Positions 36,173 through 46,451 of a DNA stretch of 64,000 nucleotides are shown piece after piece. Every line of letters starts with the position of its first letter. Position 1 is the first letter of the stretch. The notes beneath the pieces are model-generated. The model was not told the DNA's origin, did no database searches, and worked only from the letters and a program-made list of their open reading frames with translations. Source of the DNA: an uncultured Cellvibrionaceae bacterium. GTDB taxonomy: Bacteria; Pseudomonadota; Gammaproteobacteria; Pseudomonadales; Cellvibrionaceae. The stretch spans positions 75,470 to 139,469 of the forward strand of contig CAZJKJ010000001.1 of assembly GCA_964546435.1 (NCBI GenBank), read 5' to 3'. A program made the position numbers and the translations under genes.

Positions 36173-36754
36173 TCATTTCTGCTTTCTGGCAAAACCCTCG
36201 ACAGCTTTTAGCCACTGCGCACGCTGTTTCGAAGATGAGCCGCGCACGGGTCCGAACGTGCTGATCCGGACAGGCTTGATGCCGCAGAACCCCAGTATGG
36301 TCTTCTTTATCTGGTTATGGCCCGGAGATCGGTAGATCAGGCGGAAGTACCAAGCAGGCGTATCCATTGTGGCAATGGCGTGGGCGCTCCGCCCGATTAG
36401 CAGTTTGTCCCACAAAGCTGAATTCGGACGGTACCGGAATGCATATCCTGGCAGGAACACCCGGTCGAAAAAGCCTTTCAGAATAGCGGGAATTCCACCC
36501 CACCATATTGGATAAACAAATACCAGATGTTCGGCCCAGGTGATGGCCTGTTGTATTTCAATCAAGCCTGCTTCCAGTTCTTGGCGCTGAGCATATCCAT
36601 GCCGCAGGACCGGATCGAAGTCCAGATCGCCAAGGCGGAACAGTTTCACCTGATGACCCGCTTCGCGCGCGGCTGCCACGTAGGTGTCGGCCAACGCTGC
36701 ACAAAAGCTCTCCGCGCTGGGGTGCCCAAGAATGACCAGAATTTTGCGTGACAT
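36173..36754 (-). CDS. NAD(P)H dehydrogenase (quinone), flavodoxin-like fold family
   Basis: ILVILGHPSAESFCAAL...YPIWWGGIPAILKGFFDRVF is typical of NQO1/KefF/MdaB-like FMN reductases. Confidence 0.8.
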   Translation of the reverse strand: MSRKILVILGHPSAESFCAALADTYVAAAREAGHQVKLFRLGDLDFDPVLRHGYAQRQELEAGLIEIQQAITWAEHLVFVYPIWWGGIPAILKGFFDRVFLPGYAFRYRPNSALWDKLLIGRSAHAIATMDTPAWYFRLIYRSPGHNQIKKTILGFCGIKPVRISTFGPVRGSSSKQRAQWLKAVEGFARKQK

Positions 36755-37196
36755 AAAATCTCCTATGATAAAAACGGCAAGGTGGGATGGATTCTGACTA
36801 CGAAATTAGTCCATAAATATCCCTAACCTACTTCACGAGTGCCTCATCGACTGCATATCTATTAGCCCGATGGGGAAGCACTACAACCCGGGCTCGCGAA
36901 AAGCTGACGCATGGTAAACACATCCCCGTAAAATGAAAATCCTGGGTTTTGAGTTAACAGGTTAAGGTATCGATGAGGCATCGCGCCCAGACGCCAGACT
37001 CAGCGCCGGCCGTATCGACTGGCCATTCTGGCACTGCATGACCCAGCTCTGCTGGCTTCTGCAATGTACCGCTGCTTGCCGAGCCCTCTCCTGTGGAGGC
37101 CTTTATCCACAGGGGTCGGCACCCCCGGCCGCGTCGACAGGTCCTTGACGTTACTCCGTGCAGCCGTTTAAATGCTGGTCTTTTTGGAGCGAAGCC

Positions 37197-38138
37197 ATGT
37201 GGTTCAAAAACCTGCGAATCTATCGCATGACCAAACCCTTTTCGCACACTGCGGAGCAACTGGATGAGCTGTTGCGGGAGCGCTGCTTCAAGCCCTGTGC
37301 CGGCCAGGACCTGGTACGGATTGGCTGGGCGCCGCCGTTAGGGGAAGAAGGCCGTCCCTTCGTCCATGTCGCCGGCGACTTCGTTATGCTCTGTACCAAA
37401 CGCCAGGAACGCCTGCTGCCCTCCTCGGTTGTGAACGAGCAATTGCAGGAAAAGATCGAAGAGATCCGCATCGAGGAGGATCGCAAGGTCAGTCGGCGCG
37501 AACGTCAGGATCTGAAAGACGAAATCACCTTTTCTCTGCTACCCAGAGCCTTCACCCGGTCCCAGCTGGACTTCGCCTATCTCGATCTCAAAAGCGACCT
37601 GATTGTCGTCAACACGGGTTCGGCCAAACGGGCCGAAGAGATATTGAACCTGCTGCGGGACACTCTGGGCAGCCTGCCCGTAGTACCCCTGAGCGCGCCC
37701 AGTCCGCCCACCCAGTCCATGACCGCCTGGGTCCAGCACGGCGAACTGCCGCCGGGATTTGCTCTCGGCGATGAATGCGAACTGACAGCGCCCCGCGATG
37801 AAGGTCGCACCATCCGCTGTAAAAAGCAGGAACTGACCGCCGCCGAGATGCTCAACCACCTGGCCACGGGCATGCATGTGAAGAAGCTCGCGCTCCAGTG
37901 GCAGGACGCCATCCAGTTTGTCATTGATGAAGAGCTGAGCGTCAGGCGAGTGAAGTTTTCCCAGGAGCTTCTGGACAAGGCCGACGAACGCCAGCCGGAA
38001 AGTGCCGCCGAAGTCTTCGATCTGGATTTTTCCATCATGACTCTGGAACTGCGCAATTTTATCGAGGCGCTCAGCGAGGCTTTTGGCAGCAATGCCAGAG
38101 CGGCCGCCGAACCTGAGCCGGAAGCGGCGCTTGCCTGA
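37197..38138 (+). CDS. rdgC: recombination-associated protein RdgC
   Basis: MWFKNLRIYRM... is the canonical RdgC N-terminus, about 313 aa. The ORF opens at 37158, but the ATG at 37197 matches the family. Confidence 0.9.
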   Translation: MWFKNLRIYRMTKPFSHTAEQLDELLRERCFKPCAGQDLVRIGWAPPLGEEGRPFVHVAGDFVMLCTKRQERLLPSSVVNEQLQEKIEEIRIEEDRKVSRRERQDLKDEITFSLLPRAFTRSQLDFAYLDLKSDLIVVNTGSAKRAEEILNLLRDTLGSLPVVPLSAPSPPTQSMTAWVQHGELPPGFALGDECELTAPRDEGRTIRCKKQELTAAEMLNHLATGMHVKKLALQWQDAIQFVIDEELSVRRVKFSQELLDKADERQPESAAEVFDLDFSIMTLELRNFIEALSEAFGSNARAAAEPEPEAALA

Positions 38139-38184
38139 GTGAGCGCACCTCGACCCCGCTTTTCCGGCAGAGCGTGAAGGGCTA

Positions 38185-40692
38185 TTGATGTCGAACCTGC
38201 CGGTTGACGCGGTTCTGTCCGATATCTTCGCAAGTCTCGAAATCCGGGACGAACTGGTGCTGGTGGCGCCTCCGGGGGCGGGCAAATCAACCCGGGTGCC
38301 CCTTGAACTGCTGCGGCACGCCGGCATTCACGGCAAAATCCTCCTGCTTGAGCCCCGCCGGGTCGCCGCGCGGGCACTGGCGCAATACATGGCCGACTGC
38401 CTCGGGGAATCACCGGGTGGACAGGTGGGTTTGCGCATGCGCCAGGAAACCCGGGTCAGCCGGGCAACCCGACTGGAAGTGGTCACCGGCGGTGTCTTGC
38501 TCCGCTTGATGCAGGAAGATCCGGCACTCGCCGGTTACGGTCTGGTTATCTTCGACGAGTTTCACGAACGCAGTCTAGACAGTGATCTGGGCCTGGCCCT
38601 GGCACTGCAGGGTCGCAGTCTGTTCCGGGATGCATCCGACCCCCTGAAAATAATGGTCATGTCGGCAACCTTGCAGGATGAAGCCATCGCACAGCACCTG
38701 GGCGGCGCGCCGGTTATCCGCAGTGAAGGTCGGGCCTGGCCGGTGACCGTCGGCTATCGCTCCGGCGCGCGCGCGCTCGACACCGTCGATCAGTGTGCGG
38801 CGGCCATTACCGAGGCCATGGAGCAGCACGAAGGGCATATTCTGGTGTTCCTTCCGGGCCAGCGGGAAATAGAGCAACTCTTCCGCACGGTGCAGGGTCG
38901 GCTGCCGGCAAGCGTCTGCGTTTGTCGCCTTTACGGCGCACTGGAACTGGCCGCACAACGATCTGCGCTGGCACCTCTGGATCCCGCCGGCCCGTTCCGC
39001 CGCAAGATCATTCTTGCGACTGATATCGCCGAAACCAGCCTGACCATCGACGGCGTCACGGTTGTCATCGACGCGGGCTTTCGCCGGGAACCCCAGTTCG
39101 ACACTCGCACCGGCATGAGTCGCCTGACCACCACCCGCATTTCCCGGGCGTCGGCAGAGCAACGAGCGGGCCGTGCCGGCCGGACCGGCCCCGGTCACTG
39201 CTACCGGCTGTGGCCGCGGGAGCTGGGGTTGAAGCCTTTCGACGCCGCTGAAATTGAACAGGCCGACCTGGCGCCGGCCGCACTGCAGCTATTGGCCTGG
39301 GGGATTAATCAGCCCGGTGACTTGCACTGGCTGACATCACCGCCGGCCGACGCCTGGCGCCAGGCCATTGGTCTACTACACGAACTGAACGCTGTGACCG
39401 TGTCCGACGAGCTGCCCCGCCTCACCGCCCACGGCGCCACCATGGCCCGCTTTCCCGCGCATCCCCGACTGGCGCACATGATGATCCGCGGGTCCGTGAA
39501 CGGCGTGCACTCCCAGGCATGTCGGCTCGCCGCCATTCTGACGGAAACGGGCGGCCCGCAAACGCTGGATGTGGAACTCCTGCTCTGGAACGACGGGGGC
39601 CCTCGCTTCCGCCCCTGGAGTGAACGCGTCAAACGGCTGTCTGCGTCGTTTGCAAAGCTCTGCCCAAACAACAGCACGGGCGCTCCGATTGCGCGTGAAC
39701 TCGTCACCGGCTTCCTGCTTGCATCGGCCTATCCGGATCGAATCGCCCGGCGCCGTTCCCACGACACCACAATATATTTAATGAGCAATGGCCGGGCCGC
39801 ACGGCTTGACGCCAAGGCCGATCTCGCCAGACACGAATGGCTTGCAATCGCCGAAGTCGGCGGCAGCACGGGCAATACGGAAGACAGGATTTTTGCCGCA
39901 GCCGCCTTTGACCCGGCGTTATTGCATAACCGGCTAGCGCATTTGGTGCGGGAAGAACGGGTCGCCGACTGGGACGATGACAAAAAGCGGTTTGTGGCCG
40001 AATCGGTGCGTCGCTGCGGCGCCATTACTTTAAGTACCCAGCGGCTGGAGGATCCGCCGTCAGCGTTGCGCGTAGAAGCGCTTTGTGCCTGGCTGCGCCG
40101 TCGCGATCTGGGCGCTCTGAACTGGCGCGAAGAGGTGCGCCAATGGCTGGCGCGTGTCGAACTGTTGCGCCGGCATCAGATCCGTGAGGGCGACCTGCCG
40201 CCCTGGCCGGATCTGTCTGTGCGGGCATTGGCGGATTGCCTGGATCAATGGCTGGCGCCGTATCTTGCGGATGTCCGGAATCTGGCGGACCTGCAGAAAC
40301 TGGATTTGCTACCGTTGCTGACGGGCTTGCTCCCCTGGCCGCTGGCAGCGCGGCTGGACGACTGGGCACCTGCAAAAATCCGGCTACCTTCGGGTAACAC
40401 CGCATCCATCGACTATCTTCACGATCCACCGATTCTGCCGGTCAAGCTGCAGGAAATGTTCGGTTGTCGCCAGACGCCGGTGATTGCCGGCGGACAGATC
40501 AAACTCACCCTTCATTTATTGTCACCGGCCCGCAGACCGCTGCAGATAACCCAGGACCTTGAGCACTTCTGGGCGCATGGATACGAGGCGGTAAAAAAGG
40601 AAATGAGAGGGCGCTATCCGAAGCATCCCTGGCCTGATGATCCGCTTAGCGCCTTGCCCACCAGTCTTACCAAGCGCAGGCTGAATTCGTAG
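38185..40692 (+). CDS. hrpB: ATP-dependent RNA helicase HrpB
   Basis: DEAH-box motifs APPGAGKST, FDEFHERS, SATL and TDIAETSLTIDGV, with the HrpB-type C-terminal domain. 835 aa. Confidence 0.9.
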   Translation: MMSNLPVDAVLSDIFASLEIRDELVLVAPPGAGKSTRVPLELLRHAGIHGKILLLEPRRVAARALAQYMADCLGESPGGQVGLRMRQETRVSRATRLEVVTGGVLLRLMQEDPALAGYGLVIFDEFHERSLDSDLGLALALQGRSLFRDASDPLKIMVMSATLQDEAIAQHLGGAPVIRSEGRAWPVTVGYRSGARALDTVDQCAAAITEAMEQHEGHILVFLPGQREIEQLFRTVQGRLPASVCVCRLYGALELAAQRSALAPLDPAGPFRRKIILATDIAETSLTIDGVTVVIDAGFRREPQFDTRTGMSRLTTTRISRASAEQRAGRAGRTGPGHCYRLWPRELGLKPFDAAEIEQADLAPAALQLLAWGINQPGDLHWLTSPPADAWRQAIGLLHELNAVTVSDELPRLTAHGATMARFPAHPRLAHMMIRGSVNGVHSQACRLAAILTETGGPQTLDVELLLWNDGGPRFRPWSERVKRLSASFAKLCPNNSTGAPIARELVTGFLLASAYPDRIARRRSHDTTIYLMSNGRAARLDAKADLARHEWLAIAEVGGSTGNTEDRIFAAAAFDPALLHNRLAHLVREERVADWDDDKKRFVAESVRRCGAITLSTQRLEDPPSALRVEALCAWLRRRDLGALNWREEVRQWLARVELLRRHQIREGDLPPWPDLSVRALADCLDQWLAPYLADVRNLADLQKLDLLPLLTGLLPWPLAARLDDWAPAKIRLPSGNTASIDYLHDPPILPVKLQEMFGCRQTPVIAGGQIKLTLHLLSPARRPLQITQDLEHFWAHGYEAVKKEMRGRYPKHPWPDDPLSALPTSLTKRRLNS

Positions 40693-40699
40693 ATCTGTC

Positions 40700-41130
40700 T
40701 ATACATACAGTTCGAGACTGCCTTAAAGGTTCGGAGTAGGTTGAAAATCCTTTGTCGGTAACCTTCCGTTGTAATTCTAACTCCCGAACGTTTTCTCCGG
40801 TAATCCCCCCGGAAACTGACCGGTGCCAAAAGTAGATTTTTCTCGTACCCTACGCGCAGGAGATCCCGCTCTGGCAGGATAGTTGACCAACAAATTCGGC
40901 TGAATGACGCCGCCCCTTCGCTCTATGGCCATTACAGCCACTTCATCGCTACTACGAGCGCTCCGTCCCTTGATGGCACATCGATACTATCGGCCTCGTG
41001 TTGTGCACTTGCGCCTTTCCCTTCACATTGTCATCGAAGGTTCCCGCAGTTCCGTGAGAGAACCCGGAACACGATCACGCTGCGTCTATACCGAGCACCA
41101 TGCGGCCCATCAACAGGCACTGTCCGCACT
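40700..41130 (-). mobile_element. group II intron-like RNA fragment (5' ribozyme domains plus the first codons of the reverse-transcriptase ORF), truncated
   Basis: The minus strand contains AAGGGACGGAGCGCTCGTAGTAGCGATGAAG, closely matching the domain III core of Ll.LtrB (AAGGGTACGGAGTACTCGTAGTAGTCTGAGAAG). A GTGCG lies at 41129-41125. A downstream reading frame ...RIFNLLRTFKAVSN resembles the RT N-terminus ENLLxAFKRVKANKG, then breaks off about 10-20 nt from the hrpB stop. No RT body or domains V/VI are present. Confidence 0.5.
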
Positions 41131-41233
41131 GATCCCGGGGAACATCACTCCCCGGGTTTGATGCTATCTGATTTTGCGGTGATTTAAACCAGATAAGCCA
41201 GCCGTGTGCTCAAAAAGCGATTGAAAAACTGGT

Positions 41234-43129
41234 CTACAAACCAAATCGCTTGCCTAGTACTACTAGACTGGTGATTTGACACAATGCCACATCCAGACTG
41301 CCTCTGAATTTTTCCGGCAATTGATCTGCGCCATCGAGCGCGGCACGTATTTTATTCATGTCGAAAAATGGGCAATCCTGATTCAGCGTCTCACGCATGT
41401 ATTCAAATAACCGCCCCTTGGTATTGATCAATGCGGGGGGGGCCGTAAAGGGGTGCTTCTGACGTTTATAAACCTCATCGGTAATAAAAGGTTTGGCAGC
41501 CTCTTTTAAAATCCACTTTTCAGAAAGATTTCGAATCTTATATGTAACCGGAAGACGCTGTACGAGCTCAACCAAATCTCGATCTAGAAACGGCACTCTC
41601 GCCTCGATGGAGTGTGCCATTTCCATACGATCTCCCAAGACATTAAGTACATAAGTCGGAAAATTGGTCTTAGACCATAAGTACATTGACTTATTGACCG
41701 GGTGAGAGTTCTTTAGAGGTCGCAAATCAATAGCACTATAGAGTCGCTCGAGACTATCAACACCACCAAGAGATTGTCTAAAGTCTTTCGAGAGGAATCT
41801 GTTAAGATGCTTACGACCCTGCAACTGAACCTTTAGAAATGACGGGGTCATACCAATCGTATGATCAAGCACGTCGAGTGTGTCATCAGTAAGTGCCACA
41901 GTAAAACCTTGGGTCGCCCTATTCATATCACCCAGCTTTGCAAGCAAATCATTTCGTTCAATTTCTGAATTGCATTGTAGTATCAAATCTTGGCGAAAAT
42001 GAGGATACCCAGCAAAAATTTCATCGGCTCCCTCTCCAGTCATCACCACCTTTAGACCGTGATCTCGCACATGTCGGCTCAATAGAAATTTTGCAATTCC
42101 ATGCGTGTTGAAAAACACGAACTCACTATGGAAAATTGCTGCTTCAAAATTGTCAGCAAGATCGTCTTCGTAAATTTTAAGTACGATTGGATCCGCGCCA
42201 TACCGGCGCGACGTCGCTTCGGCGATCTTCAATTCATCATAGTCCTGGTGATCAAAACTGATGCAAAACGGCTTAATTGGTCTCCCAAGTTCGACACTTG
42301 CGATACCAAATATTGAACTCGAATCCAAACCACCGCTAAGATAACATCCAACTTCAACATCGGCGCGAAGTCTTCTTCTGACCGCCTTCTGAAGAGACTC
42401 TCGCACCCTCAGGATGGCTTCATCGATGCTCCCTTCTTTCAAATCTGCAGTATCGCGATAATCAAAATTCCAATACTCGTGAAAGGAGATATCTGCGGTG
42501 CTTGCTAGCATCATGACATGCGCTGGTGGCACCTGATAGATGTCTTTGAAAAGACTTCGCCTAGCATCTTGGGCAAGTCCGGAAACAAGATTGCCAACCG
42601 TTTGTTCGTCCCAGGCTAGAGGCTCTCCCAAGCTCGCCATCGATTTGACTTCCGATGCAAATACGATTTCGTGATTTCTTAATGCGTAATATAGAGGCTT
42701 AATTCCAAACCGATCTCGTCCTGCAATAAGACGCTGGTTCACGCTATCCCAGAGTACAAATGCAAACTCACCTTCAAGATGATCCAAAGCAGAGATTCCG
42801 TAGCGCTGATAAAGATGCACCAAAATTTCCGAGTCACCGTTAGTCTGAAATCCGACTCCAGACTGCTCAAGGTCTCTGCGAATTCTCTCAAACTCGTAAA
42901 ACTCTCCGTTTACAACGGCATGAATCCCGTTGCAGTGGATTGGCTGTTGCGCGTTCACTGGGTCCATAACACTAAGTCGCGTGTGGCCAAGCGCAACTCT
43001 GCCGCAGGGACTTATCCAGGAGGCTCGCTCGTCTGGCCCCCTGCAATTTAAACCATCGAGCGCCCTCTCAATTCTGCGCCCGTAGTCTCTTCCTCTAGAA
43101 CTAGTAAAAACTGCAATGATGCCGCACAT
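41234..43129 (-). CDS. asnB: asparagine synthase (glutamine-hydrolysing) family amidotransferase
   Basis: N-terminal nucleophile MCGIIAVF, GHTRLSVMD, NGEFYEF and the PP-loop CYLSGGLDSS. 631 aa. Confidence 0.9.
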   Translation of the reverse strand: MCGIIAVFTSSRGRDYGRRIERALDGLNCRGPDERASWISPCGRVALGHTRLSVMDPVNAQQPIHCNGIHAVVNGEFYEFERIRRDLEQSGVGFQTNGDSEILVHLYQRYGISALDHLEGEFAFVLWDSVNQRLIAGRDRFGIKPLYYALRNHEIVFASEVKSMASLGEPLAWDEQTVGNLVSGLAQDARRSLFKDIYQVPPAHVMMLASTADISFHEYWNFDYRDTADLKEGSIDEAILRVRESLQKAVRRRLRADVEVGCYLSGGLDSSSIFGIASVELGRPIKPFCISFDHQDYDELKIAEATSRRYGADPIVLKIYEDDLADNFEAAIFHSEFVFFNTHGIAKFLLSRHVRDHGLKVVMTGEGADEIFAGYPHFRQDLILQCNSEIERNDLLAKLGDMNRATQGFTVALTDDTLDVLDHTIGMTPSFLKVQLQGRKHLNRFLSKDFRQSLGGVDSLERLYSAIDLRPLKNSHPVNKSMYLWSKTNFPTYVLNVLGDRMEMAHSIEARVPFLDRDLVELVQRLPVTYKIRNLSEKWILKEAAKPFITDEVYKRQKHPFTAPPALINTKGRLFEYMRETLNQDCPFFDMNKIRAALDGADQLPEKFRGSLDVALCQITSLVVLGKRFGL

Positions 43130-43189
43130 AAATTTCCCAGTTTCGTAGCTTTCAATGGAATCGTTCTCTCAAACCGCCCAGAAGCTGCT

Positions 43190-43960
43190 TCATAATTTAC
43201 CTATTGAAATCAACATGCAAGCGATATTGAAAAAGGCTCTGTATATGCTCACTTGCCTCTCCCGGCGAACAACATGTCGCCTGAAGTTACCGAACTATGC
43301 AACTGTCCGTCTCACTTTCCAACGTCGGGCATACCTCCTTAAAGCTCTACCATCTTGCTTTAATGGCTTTATTCGATTGTGCCTGTTGGGGGCGAATCAG
43401 TTCGATATTCCGTTGACTCAGACTTTCTCGTAGCGGGTCTGAATCCGCGGCCTTGTCGTGTATAAATCGTCATATTTTGCTTTTTCCATACGTCACATCA
43501 TCAAGAAGTGGTTCGATTAGCTTTACCTCCGCAGGTGAAGCCGAGGTAATGGTGCTTTCAAGAGGAACACCTTCGCCGTGGACCACCACCATCCACTTTG
43601 CGCCCTTGCCGCGCTTGGTTTTGCCGATCTCTGGGCTCTTTTTTGGAGAAGTAATACTTCCGCCAGAAAATACTTCCTCCCAGTTCAGTAACGATTGTCG
43701 ATCCAGTTGCCTCAAAAATGTTCTCCAAGCTTTTAGCCCACAATCATTTCTTCCCAGTATTGCAGCCTGCGCCACAAGTACTGGGGAAAGGATAGCAAGC
43801 AGGCAGATCGATCCAGCGAGCCCCCCGGGCGAAGGATCCATAAGATACCTTCAAAACAAGCTCGATTAGCTATTGGCTTCGAGCCGCCCTCGTTCCTGAC
43901 TCAGCGGTGGTAAGCAAGGCTCAATCAGCTCCACTGATCATCAGTTATCTCTGAAGCAGC
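43190..43960 (-). mobile_element. IS5-family transposase pseudogene (frameshifted, with a nonsense mutation)
   Basis: Minus-strand pieces in different frames: ITDDQWELIEPCLPP, ACFEGILWILR, then GKTKRGKGAKWMVVVHGEGVPL...SASPAEVKLIEPLLDD, then DSDPLRESLSQRNIELIRP...QDGRALRRYARRWKVRRTVA*FGNFRRHVVRRER...YRAFFNIACMLI. The TAG replaces the conserved Trp of AWLGNFRR. Confidence 0.75.
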
Positions 43961-44272
43961 TGATACCGGTTATAGTGCTATCCATCGGGATGCACTGGAT
44001 ACTCAGCGAGCGTTGCTGCAAGCATTTTTCCTATGACGGCCGCTGTGCCGTTAATATCGCTACATCCGGCTTAAACTCGGTGGAATCATCGAGCGCGTCG
44101 GTGTAGATGGTAACCGAACCAGGTTCTGACTTTGGAGTACCGAACAACATGACCCTGTCCAACGTGCAAAACGTTGAGAATTTAGAAGCATTGATACCTT
44201 GGAATGTGATTCTTGAATAGAGCGTGATTGGCTTGATACTTACTCTCATTTTTAAAACTTGGCAACAGCCTG

Positions 44273-45421
44273 CTAGCTGTACGACAATGGTCCCGCAGTA
44301 TCACTCACGACCCCATGGGCATATTTTGTCAATAACATCTCCACGTCTTTCTGGTAGATCTTTAACATGGGATAGTAGCGAACGAAAGCGTTCCTTGCTT
44401 CATCAGTTTGAACCCAAACATCCAGCGATGAGCATGTACTGTAATCATATATAACAGCTTCTCCGCCCCCGAAAAGCGCTTTCTCAACAGAATTTTTGAG
44501 TTCAATTGTATCGCCGGAAATATGGGTGAACACGAATACACTGGTTGAATGTATCTTATTCTCGGGGACGCATAAATCCTCTCCTGTGGTAAGCAGATCA
44601 ATGGCTTTCTCTCGCGCCATATCCAGCGCAAATGGATGCTTCTTCAAAAAATATTGGATATTCCGTCGATATTGGAGCAGGCGTTCCCCTCCACCCAATA
44701 GATCATCCCGGGTATCTCTTCCTTGATGAACAACCTGCATAAATGGATTGACACACATCAATGCCCCGTACTGTTGGCAGCGATAGCCGAACTCGAGATC
44801 TTCCAGCCCCCACTCAACGAATTTCTCATCAAACCCGCCCAATGCTTCGATAATGCTTCGTTTAATCGCCATGTTACACGTGTAGACCATGGCCCATGGA
44901 TACTTCATTGCTCTTACATTGAAAGAATTACCCAAACAGATATTGTACCGAAAATCTAAATCGTCCTGAGGAATACCAAAATCATGCTGCTCAGCAAACG
45001 ATACGCTTCCGCTGGAAAAGGTACGGTTGCCAACGACTAAAAAATAGCTACTCTCATTAAAATACCGGTCGAGTTGCAGAAGGTGGTCTACATAAACCAA
45101 TATATCGGCATCAACGAATACAACAAATTCACCTGACGATGCTCTTATTCCTGCATTTCGCGCCCTCGCTCTACAAGAAACGCTAGTACGTTCCAAGCGT
45201 ACAAAGCTGACCTCCGCCTCTGGAACATTTTGCCTTACATACAGCTCACTTCCATCGGTTGAACCATCATCAACCACTACGATTTCATATGTATAATCAT
45301 GACCTGTTTTAACGCCCATGATCGATCTCAAGCAGTTTTCCAGCCGATACTTACTATTGTAAGCTGGTATTATGAAGCTGTACTTTATCGGCCGATTGGC
45401 TCGCGTCATACTAGTGTCCAT
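44273..45421 (-). CDS. glycosyltransferase family 2
   Basis: YSFIIPAYNSKYRLENCLRSI, VVVDDGSTDGS and a DxD motif (VFVDADIL). Confidence 0.85.
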   Translation of the reverse strand: MDTSMTRANRPIKYSFIIPAYNSKYRLENCLRSIMGVKTGHDYTYEIVVVDDGSTDGSELYVRQNVPEAEVSFVRLERTSVSCRARARNAGIRASSGEFVVFVDADILVYVDHLLQLDRYFNESSYFLVVGNRTFSSGSVSFAEQHDFGIPQDDLDFRYNICLGNSFNVRAMKYPWAMVYTCNMAIKRSIIEALGGFDEKFVEWGLEDLEFGYRCQQYGALMCVNPFMQVVHQGRDTRDDLLGGGERLLQYRRNIQYFLKKHPFALDMAREKAIDLLTTGEDLCVPENKIHSTSVFVFTHISGDTIELKNSVEKALFGGGEAVIYDYSTCSSLDVWVQTDEARNAFVRYYPMLKIYQKDVEMLLTKYAHGVVSDTAGPLSYS

Positions 45422-45639
45422 TGGATCCTGTAGCCCTCACTCCACAAACGCCTGTTGTGTTTCTCTAGAAGCCATTTCATAACCGCTACAATTGCAGATG
45501 CAGCGATAAAAAGCTTATCAAAATACTCATTTACTTCATGTAAAATCTGCTTTTTAAGCCATTCTTCTCTGTCTCACCTTCGCTCGCGAGCTGTGAAATC
45601 TCCTCCAGCCAGATCTTAATTTGCACTTTAAGCACGACT

Positions 45640-46368
45640 TTATATTCTGCACTCGCGCTCTATATTCACCTCAAAGGCGAGATCATTGTGCTCGCATTCA
45701 TATCGGTAGCACCAATGATCTTCTTCGCCAAGCCGCGCTAATAAATCGATCTTCTCGGCTTGTTTATGCCAAGCATCACTTACATCATTGGGTCCCGCAT
45801 TCACTTTCTGCTTCCGGGATACGGAGATCAATGGTAAATTTTCGTCCGGGCCTTGATGAGCGACAATTTTTAACCAGAGCGCTAAGCCGGGTTCTGAACC
45901 AAATATGTTTGCATCGGCCGGCGAACCACCCAAAAACTGATTTAAATAGAACAACCACACCTCATGACACTTCTCATCTTTAATCGCTAGACTGATGTAC
46001 TCAAGTGCACCACTGAACACCCCGATCCCACTTTCGCTCAACACAATGGTCTGCTCTGCATTGACGTTATATTTGGCACGGATCGCTGAAACCAGCGAAT
46101 CGCCGCCATACATATCCAGATCAGGCATCCAGTAACAGAGGGCGATCAGATCAGGGTCGCCTTCTGGAGCAAGAGCTTCCACCATCTCAGTATGCGATGG
46201 GGCCGGAACAGAGTTCATCCTTTCGATATCACCTGGCGTAAGGTTCAGAGGCGCTGCCGTTCCGAGACTCACCAGCAAGTTACGATATGCCATCAAACGG
46301 TCATGATCGATTTTTACGGATCCCTCGCCGATAGCAAACCTTTCCACTCTAACTGTCTTTAGGTACAT
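45640..46368 (-). CDS. hypothetical protein (island-specific)
   Basis: 242-aa ORF in the same orientation and composition as its neighbours. I recognised no catalytic motif. Confidence 0.45.
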   Translation of the reverse strand: MYLKTVRVERFAIGEGSVKIDHDRLMAYRNLLVSLGTAAPLNLTPGDIERMNSVPAPSHTEMVEALAPEGDPDLIALCYWMPDLDMYGGDSLVSAIRAKYNVNAEQTIVLSESGIGVFSGALEYISLAIKDEKCHEVWLFYLNQFLGGSPADANIFGSEPGLALWLKIVAHQGPDENLPLISVSRKQKVNAGPNDVSDAWHKQAEKIDLLARLGEEDHWCYRYECEHNDLAFEVNIERECRI

Positions 46369-46451
46369 ATGTTCCTTCCTTATAGGTCCGGGAACCTCAC
46401 GTCTAAGCCCCGAACGACTTCTGTGCGGATTAATATAGTGTCAACGTCGGA

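Noticed and set aside
36822-36835. CCTAACCTACTTCAC resembles the 3' terminus of the Ll.LtrB group II intron
   Set aside because: No domain V/VI-like sequence precedes it. It is on the opposite strand and 4 kb away from the intron-like fragment. The match is short and probably a coincidence.
37539-38413. Two overlapping minus-strand ORFs of 262 and 278 aa
   Set aside because: They are antisense to rdgC and the start of hrpB. They are Arg/Ser/Ala-rich shadow frames.
40904-41161. 85-aa plus-strand ORF in the hrpB-asnB spacer
   Set aside because: It overlaps the intron-like RNA relic on the opposite strand. It has no RBS and no family resemblance, so it is more likely non-coding.
44031-44249. 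72-aa minus-strand ORF next to the IS5 relic
   Set aside because: It has no motif and no convincing RBS. It may be the 3' remnant of a gene disrupted by the IS, so I did not report it as a CDS.
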